A model generated the notes under the pieces. It saw nothing but the letters and a program-made list of their open reading frames with translations, was not told the origin of the DNA and made no database searches. This document shows, piece by piece, positions 58,176 through 64,000 of a stretch of DNA of 64,000 nt. The stretch's first letter is position 1. Each line of letters begins with the position of its first letter. Origin of the DNA: Candidatus Hydrogenedentota bacterium (lineage in GTDB: Bacteria; Hydrogenedentota; Hydrogenedentia; Hydrogenedentales; SLHB01); contig BTWA01000009.1 in the NCBI GenBank assembly GCA_045863295.1, forward strand, positions 127,106 to 191,105, given 5' to 3'. The position numbers and the translations under genes were made by a program.

Positions 58176-58820
58176 CTACACAGCGTCTTGAACCGTCAGT
58201 TCAAACGAATCACCGGTTGCCATCGCGGCAACCGCGGTTACCGGGTTGGATCGTTCAGCAAAGACTCCTCCGCCCAGCAAGAAGTCACACGCTTCCGCCG
58301 AGGTCATGGCGGTGAATGCGCCCGTCTGTGAGTCGCGGACGTCGTTCTCCTCATACGTGGCAACGTAGAAGAACGTGCCTGGCTCCAGAGGCATCTTGCG
58401 CGCGGACAGTCCGTCCTTGCGCACGATCGCCAGCCAACCGGATCCATCTACACGATCCACAACGGCCGATACGCGAGGAGTGTCGTACTGGTCTTTCTCG
58501 TAATCGAGTGCAAGACTGGATAGCACCAGTGCATCGCGCACTGGCATGCCCGCGTCGATTTTTTCCGCGATAGGATCGGTCTGACTGCCGTTGGTGGCCA
58601 CGGCGACTTCGCCTTCGCTTACAACACGCACGCAGTTGTATGCGATGTACGGATTTCTTTGAACATCGCTCTCATGGCCCGCTTTGGGAATGATACTTAT
58701 GCGGTTTGGCGCCAGCACCGCGGTACGATTGGGAAACGACCGGCTTGACACGCGATACCCCGCACAGAGACGGCTGTCCTTTGTCATGCCTACACACACA
58801 ATGCGTCCAATATACAACAT
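58176..58820 (-). CDS. purO: IMP cyclohydrolase, archaeal PurO type
   Basis: YIGR, YRVSSRSFPNR, NPYIAYNC, TNGSQTD, DYEKDQYDTPR. Confidence 0.88.
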   Translation of the reverse strand: MLYIGRIVCVGMTKDSRLCAGYRVSSRSFPNRTAVLAPNRISIIPKAGHESDVQRNPYIAYNCVRVVSEGEVAVATNGSQTDPIAEKIDAGMPVRDALVLSSLALDYEKDQYDTPRVSAVVDRVDGSGWLAIVRKDGLSARKMPLEPGTFFYVATYEENDVRDSQTGAFTAMTSAEACDFLLGGGVFAERSNPVTAVAAMATGDSFELTVQDAV

Positions 58821-59021
58821 TCGTGAAATCTCCTAATTCCCAATTCTGGACTGCGAAAGCTTGCTACCCATAATGCGAGGGACGCTTGATCCACTGTAAA
58901 AACAAGAAACGAACCCAACACCCCCATTGAAGTCGACGAAGCACGGGGTCGCCTTCTGACGCTCAGAAAACGCAAAGACGTTTGCGTGTCCAAGTGGGAA
59001 GCGCGCCATTGAGCACCCTAC

Positions 59022-60002
59022 TTACAGCACTTCCGGGTTCACGCAGTTGGGCGGTGTCTTGCCTTGCAACCGCGCCACAATGTTGGATGCGGCGATGCTC
59101 GCCATCTTGCTGCGTGTCTCCAACGTCGCACTGCCCAAGTGCGGGATGATGACCGCATTTTCCTGTTTAAACAAGCCGGGATGCACCACGGGTTCTTCCT
59201 CGAACACATCCAGAGCAGCGCCCTGTATCTCGCCTGACTTCAGGGCATCCACGAGCGCCGCCTCGTCCACGACCGGGCCGCGAGAAGTGTTGATAAGATA
59301 GGCCGTCTTCTTCATGGCCTTGAATTCTGCGGCGCTAAACGCGTGCTTTGTGTCCGGCGTGAAGGGACACAGGACGCAGACATAGTCCGACTCCGACAAC
59401 AGCACTGCCTTGTCCACGAAACGTGCCTTCAAGGAAATCTCCGTGGCCGCGTCTACCGGTTTCCGATTCGTGTAGAGAATGTTCATGTCAAACCCGGTCA
59501 TGCGCTTGGCGACCGTTTGACCAATGCGTCCCATCCCAAAGATGCCAAGCGTCTTACCGTGAATGTCGCTGCCCAGGAACTGCATCGGACCCCATCCATC
59601 CCACTTACCGGCGCGCAGGTACCGCTCCGATTCCGAGAGGCGCCGAGCCGCCGCCAGCAATAGTGCCACGGTCAGATCGGCCGTCGTGTCGGTCAACACG
59701 CCAGGCGTGTTCGTCACGGGAATCTTACGTTCGGTGGCGGCAGGTACGTCGATGTTGTTGTATCCCACGGCGTAGTTCGCGACTATCTTGAGCTGAGGAC
59801 CCGCGGCATCCAACACCTCGCCGTCAATACGGTCCGTGAGAATGGGGAGGATCGCATCGACCCCCTTGACGCCCGCCAACAGATCCGCCCGCGAAATGGC
59901 CGCATCCTGTGGCGCCACCACCACGTTGTCTTTTCCAAATGCATCGAACAACAGGTCCAATCCGGCGTCTGGAATCCTCCTCGCCACAAACACTCTCGGC
60001 AT
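59022..60002 (-). CDS. D-glycerate dehydrogenase/glyoxylate reductase
   Basis: AVGYNNID, NTPGVL, GMGRIG, NTSRG, LDVFEEEP, PHLGSA; AGGAGG RBS. Confidence 0.93.
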   Translation of the reverse strand: MPRVFVARRIPDAGLDLLFDAFGKDNVVVAPQDAAISRADLLAGVKGVDAILPILTDRIDGEVLDAAGPQLKIVANYAVGYNNIDVPAATERKIPVTNTPGVLTDTTADLTVALLLAAARRLSESERYLRAGKWDGWGPMQFLGSDIHGKTLGIFGMGRIGQTVAKRMTGFDMNILYTNRKPVDAATEISLKARFVDKAVLLSESDYVCVLCPFTPDTKHAFSAAEFKAMKKTAYLINTSRGPVVDEAALVDALKSGEIQGAALDVFEEEPVVHPGLFKQENAVIIPHLGSATLETRSKMASIAASNIVARLQGKTPPNCVNPEVL

Positions 60003-60073
60003 CCTGATCCTCCTTCCTGTGCAGACCGGGGATGATAGCATATTGAAGGTGGGCGATGCCGAGGGGAGAAAGG

Positions 60074-60589
60074 TCAGAATTTTGGCGGATTTAACATAAT
60101 ATTGGCAAATGCCACTGCCACGCTCACAGCATTCGCTGCACCAAGCCAAAGGGCATACCGTTTGCCAAACGGCTGCTTAAACAGATAGTGGATCGCGGCG
60201 CCTTCAAGAAATGTATTGATCAAGACAGCGAGAATGAATGTGGCTGTCCAAGTGATTGGATTGAAGGTGCCGATGCCGAACACAAAGTAAAAGACGAGCC
60301 CGGGAAACACTTCCCACGCGACGCCAGCCAGAGGAATAAGAATCATACCCAACAGTGTGGACAGTAAATTTGCGCAGAGCGTGATGAGAGCGGCCTTTCC
60401 CGGAGGCAGCTTCCAAACCCACAAGATGGCAACGAATTCCACAAGCAGGCCAACTGCAATAATCCACCAAGTCGTCAATCCGGTTTCCAGCACAAGGGCT
60501 GGCCAAACCAAGTCCGCAGAGCAAGTGGCCGGCAGCGCCAAGGCAGCGGCGCAGAAGCCCAAGGCCCATCGATGCGCCGTGGATTTCAT
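60074..60589 (-). CDS. Hypothetical multi-pass membrane protein
   Basis: Several hydrophobic segments. Confidence 0.65.
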   Translation of the reverse strand: MKSTAHRWALGFCAAALALPATCSADLVWPALVLETGLTTWWIIAVGLLVEFVAILWVWKLPPGKAALITLCANLLSTLLGMILIPLAGVAWEVFPGLVFYFVFGIGTFNPITWTATFILAVLINTFLEGAAIHYLFKQPFGKRYALWLGAANAVSVAVAFANIMLNPPKF

Positions 60590-60799
60590 CTGCCGTTGTG
60601 CCTTTCCGCCCGCATGGAATACCGCTTTTTCAGTGAAGCCGCCTTACTCTAGCAACCAAGAGCTCCGATTGGCTGTCCTGTCTTGGGCAGCATAGTCCCG
60701 CGGCGCAAGCAATTACGACTAGAATCCTCATTCACAATTTGCTATACTTTTATACCCTTGGAACGGCAAACCCCCACGTTTGTTGCTGTTCATCCGAGT

Positions 60800-60877
60800 C
60801 GGGGCGTAGCGCAGCCCGGTTAGCGCGCTTGACTGGGGGTCAAGAGGTCGGAAGTTCAAATCTTCTCGCCCCGACCA
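60800..60877 (+). tRNA. tRNA-Pro (GGG)
   Basis: CGGGGCG/CGCCCCG acceptor stem, CTTGA-CTGGGGG-TCAAG anticodon arm, GTTCAAAT T loop, encoded CCA. Confidence 0.97.
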
Positions 60878-60892
60878 TTTTTGAGCGGTTAG

Positions 60893-60929
60893 AAGGCCCG
60901 AGAGTGTGCATCACTCTCGGGCCTTTTTT
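60893..60929 (+). terminator. Intrinsic terminator after tRNA
   Basis: AAGGCCCGAGAGTG-TGCAT-CACTCTCGGGCCTT followed by a T run. Confidence 0.88.
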
Positions 60930-60977
60930 GTGTTACGCTGTCGATTAGATCCGGGCTCCATTTGAGGAACATGTGTC

Positions 60978-61886
60978 ATGTTGCGCTTTCAATTGGCTCC
61001 AAACGGTCCCAGTGTTTCGACCATAGCCTACGGTCTCTGGCGCCTTACGGATGATCCGGCAGGACCTGTCACGTCGCAGGTGCGGGCCAAAATCGATGCC
61101 TGTCTCGAGTGCGGAATCACCACGTTTGACAATGCAGACGTCTATGGCGGCTACACGTGCGAAGGGCTGTTTGGCCGTGCCCTCGCCGAGGCGCCCGAGT
61201 TGCGCGATCGCATGGAATTAGTCACCAAATGTGGGGTGCGGTCTCCCAAGGCCGCGATGCCCGAGATTGGTGTTGCCCATTATGACGCAACGGCGGCTCG
61301 CATCAAACAATGCGTCGACCGTTCGCTTTCAGAATTGAGGGTGGACCATATTGACCTTTTGTTGATCCACCGGCCCGACTGGCTCACGAGCGCGGAAGAT
61401 ACCGCCGAAGGGTTGTTGGATGTCATGGCTTGCGGCAAGGTCCGCTCCGTGGGTGTTTCCAACTATACGGTGCATCAATTTGCGCTGCTGCAAAAGTTTC
61501 TCGGTTTTGCGCCATCCACGAACCAGGTGGAATTGAGTCTGGTGCACATGGACCCAATCTACGAGGGCACGCTGGATCAATGTCAGGCCGCAGGCGTGCA
61601 TCCCATGGCATGGTCGCCTCTTGGCCGAGGCAGATTGTTTACCGACGAGAGTCCGGACGGCGTCCGGTTGCGAGCCAAGCTGCGCGAGTTGGCGCTCGAA
61701 TATGGGTGTGACGCGGATCAGCTGGCATTGGCATGGGTGAAGGATTTGCCAAGCCGCCCACAAGTGGTAATTGGCACATTGAAGCTGGATCGAATTCGCC
61801 GCGCAGCGACATCCGCGGACATCCACCTCGCGCGCGAGCATTGGTATGCCCTGTGGGAGGCCGCCAAAGGTAAACAGGTGCCGTAG
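60978..61886 (+). CDS. Aldo/keto reductase (YdhF-like)
   Basis: FDNADVYG, VTKCG, LLIHRPD, GVSN, NQVE, WSPLG. Confidence 0.92.
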   Translation: MLRFQLAPNGPSVSTIAYGLWRLTDDPAGPVTSQVRAKIDACLECGITTFDNADVYGGYTCEGLFGRALAEAPELRDRMELVTKCGVRSPKAAMPEIGVAHYDATAARIKQCVDRSLSELRVDHIDLLLIHRPDWLTSAEDTAEGLLDVMACGKVRSVGVSNYTVHQFALLQKFLGFAPSTNQVELSLVHMDPIYEGTLDQCQAAGVHPMAWSPLGRGRLFTDESPDGVRLRAKLRELALEYGCDADQLALAWVKDLPSRPQVVIGTLKLDRIRRAATSADIHLAREHWYALWEAAKGKQVP

Positions 61887-61933
61887 ACGATGTCGAGCCC
61901 TGGCGGGCAGTCTTTCCGGCGAATGCATGGAGT

Positions 61934-63976
61934 ATGGGAATTGTGAACGACACGGTGATTCGATTCGTAGTCGGTGTACTTATGGGCGCACTCAGCTCGG
62001 CCTCAGCACAGACGCCTTTGCGGTTGGAAGGGATAACGACTACCCCGCACGTCGTGGCGGAATCCATGCGGTACCGGCAGCAGACACAACCCGCCCGTGG
62101 TGCGCGGGTTCAGTTGTTTCTCGTACACAGCGGCGACAGCAGCGCCACACCGTTACTGCTTGATCCGAAAACTCCATTTTTGTTTGGTGGCCGTGAACCA
62201 TCGGAGTTGATCCATACCGCGGATTGGGCATGGCACGACACGCCATCGGCCGAGAGATCCGTCCCTCTTTCCCTACCGGCGGGCATGATGACCGTTTGGA
62301 CCTTCAATAGCCGCACCGATGCATACGGTCCGGGAACTTCCATTTCGCTCAAGGGTGGGGGGGAGGATTCGCCACTTGTCGATACAACGCTTGCTGTGTC
62401 CGAACCCGATGAATGGATTTCCGCCATTACGTTTACCGGCGCAGGCGACTCCATACAACCGGACACGATGGTGATTCACATTGCCAACGAAGGGCAAACC
62501 CGGATTCATATACGGTCATGTCGCTTCTGGTTGCCGCCTGATCCGAAATCGCCCAAGATACTTGCCCCACAAGAGGAATTGACAGACCTGGAATTTTTCA
62601 ACGGTCACGACACCATTCCCTCGAGGGATCAAGGCGGTTTTGCCGTCCGAACCGGTGCGCTTCCGCTCACGTACGCCGTGTTGGAAGTGCACGTGGATCG
62701 AGAAGGCGGGGAGGCCATTCGTCTGTGGTCTTATTTGCGCATCAAGCCCGAACGATTCGACATATCCGGTGGATGGGTGAACGATGGTCAAAATACCGTT
62801 GGCCAGGAACAGTTTCTCAAGACGCTTATGCGACTCCACATCAACACGGCGCACTTGGCGCATACCCCGGGGTATAGCGACACGGCGTTGTATGCGCGCT
62901 ACCCCTTGAAGTACTTCAATAAACTGACCCCCTTCGAACAGTACGACACAGACGAAATGTTGCCACGTATCCATGCCGTGGAATTTCTGGGCGAACCTCA
63001 ATACGGTGGAGGCACGCCAGTCCCGCCGCAAGAAGTATGGCGACAATTGAAGCCCTATACGTCAACACGCCTCCCCACCACGGTGACGCACAGCGAAGAG
63101 CGTATCTGGCGGGACTATGCGGGCCTGAGTGATTTCCCGCACTACGACGCCTATCGCGTCACCGCGCCCGCGGCGGATCTTTGGAGCAAGTACGAACGCT
63201 GGGGCGATGTGCGCATTCGCTGGGGTGCGCCGCTTGAGACCATTGGTGACATGTGCCGATCATTGCGAGAGCTAAACCGTCCCATGCCTTGCGCAATCTG
63301 GTCGCAGGGACCGCACGAGTGGGATGTATACGGAGGCAGAAAACGCACCACTCCCACGCCTGACGAAATACGGATGCAGGCCTACCACGCGTTATCGACA
63401 CGAATTACGTCTCTATACTGGTTTAACCTGAGTCTGAAGTCGTTGACAGACTGGCGTGATACCTTGGACGAACTCGGCCGCATCGGGAGGGAAATGCGCC
63501 TGATCGATGACTTCCTTATTGGCGGCAATGCTTACCGGTTTGAGCGCGTCAAAACACGGCGGGGACGGCTTGATTGGGATCTCGCGTCGGTATGCGGACC
63601 CACGGCAGCCCTGCTGTTTGCACTGGACTTGAACTATTCTCCGAGTGAACAGGACAAAGTCTTTGTTTTCGAAGAGCCTCGCCGTGCGGAGTGGCAGTTT
63701 GCATTGCCCGCCTACCTGCCCGCCATCGCCGATGTGTTTCGTCTTGATGCGGACGGAATCCACGACGTGAAATGGCAATTCGAACACGGCATGCTCACCA
63801 TCCGCGATACGGCCCACAAGGCCGTAATGTGCGTGGCCACGCCAGATCCTGGTTTGCGACAGAGAATCGAGTCGGAACGGCAGGCACTGATTAAGCAGGA
63901 AGAGCAGATAGGCATTGACCCCGCCCGGAATGATTCGGATTTTGAGGCCTTGAGGGCATTGCTGAATGGTCGGTAG
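61934..63976 (+). CDS. Hypothetical secreted protein
   Basis: 680-aa ORF with signal peptide; FLGEPQ and HYDAY segments are weakly glycosidase-barrel-like. Confidence 0.65.
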   Translation: MGIVNDTVIRFVVGVLMGALSSASAQTPLRLEGITTTPHVVAESMRYRQQTQPARGARVQLFLVHSGDSSATPLLLDPKTPFLFGGREPSELIHTADWAWHDTPSAERSVPLSLPAGMMTVWTFNSRTDAYGPGTSISLKGGGEDSPLVDTTLAVSEPDEWISAITFTGAGDSIQPDTMVIHIANEGQTRIHIRSCRFWLPPDPKSPKILAPQEELTDLEFFNGHDTIPSRDQGGFAVRTGALPLTYAVLEVHVDREGGEAIRLWSYLRIKPERFDISGGWVNDGQNTVGQEQFLKTLMRLHINTAHLAHTPGYSDTALYARYPLKYFNKLTPFEQYDTDEMLPRIHAVEFLGEPQYGGGTPVPPQEVWRQLKPYTSTRLPTTVTHSEERIWRDYAGLSDFPHYDAYRVTAPAADLWSKYERWGDVRIRWGAPLETIGDMCRSLRELNRPMPCAIWSQGPHEWDVYGGRKRTTPTPDEIRMQAYHALSTRITSLYWFNLSLKSLTDWRDTLDELGRIGREMRLIDDFLIGGNAYRFERVKTRRGRLDWDLASVCGPTAALLFALDLNYSPSEQDKVFVFEEPRRAEWQFALPAYLPAIADVFRLDADGIHDVKWQFEHGMLTIRDTAHKAVMCVATPDPGLRQRIESERQALIKQEEQIGIDPARNDSDFEALRALLNGR

Positions 63977-64000
63977 CCGTTAGGTCGCGCTTGAATTGCC

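Noticed and set aside
60800..60929. tRNA-Pro as integration site of an island
   Set aside because: No integrase and no duplicated tRNA 3' end seen in the window; a terminator follows directly.

Overview
GC-rich, gene-dense bacterial chromosomal segment from a diderm (pal/cpoB present). The style is tentatively PVC-like or Ca. Hydrogenedentes-like, which is inference only. It is mostly housekeeping and carbohydrate/lipid metabolism: carboxynorspermidine dehydrogenase and nspC, plsY-der-pgsA-like, glpK, recG, dapL, pal-cpoB, purB, tRNA-Pro(GGG), a WS/DGAT and several large secreted proteins. No CRISPR array, integrase or transposase was found. The best candidate for an undescribed system is an AT-richer three-gene cassette at about 37.5-41.1 kb. 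It encodes a DUF2272/CHAP-like protein, a C14 caspase-like protease with an unknown C-terminal domain, and a tightly coupled GHSLG alpha/beta-hydrolase whose lid insertion has two Arg-Gly motifs, suggesting a protease-activated effector (defence or cell death) module. Also notable: two unannotated promoter/structured RNA/terminator units (about 20.5-20.7 kb and 28.7-28.9 kb); a ~2000-aa surface protein with one intact and one dead C13 peptidase domain; an archaeal-type PurO in an operon with an AAA ATPase, a TPR protein and purB; an orphan hicB whose hicA is reduced to about 5 codons; two REP/MITE-like elements; and two glycoside hydrolase-like proteins that appear to lack catalytic residues. 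All family calls come from motif recognition, not database searches.
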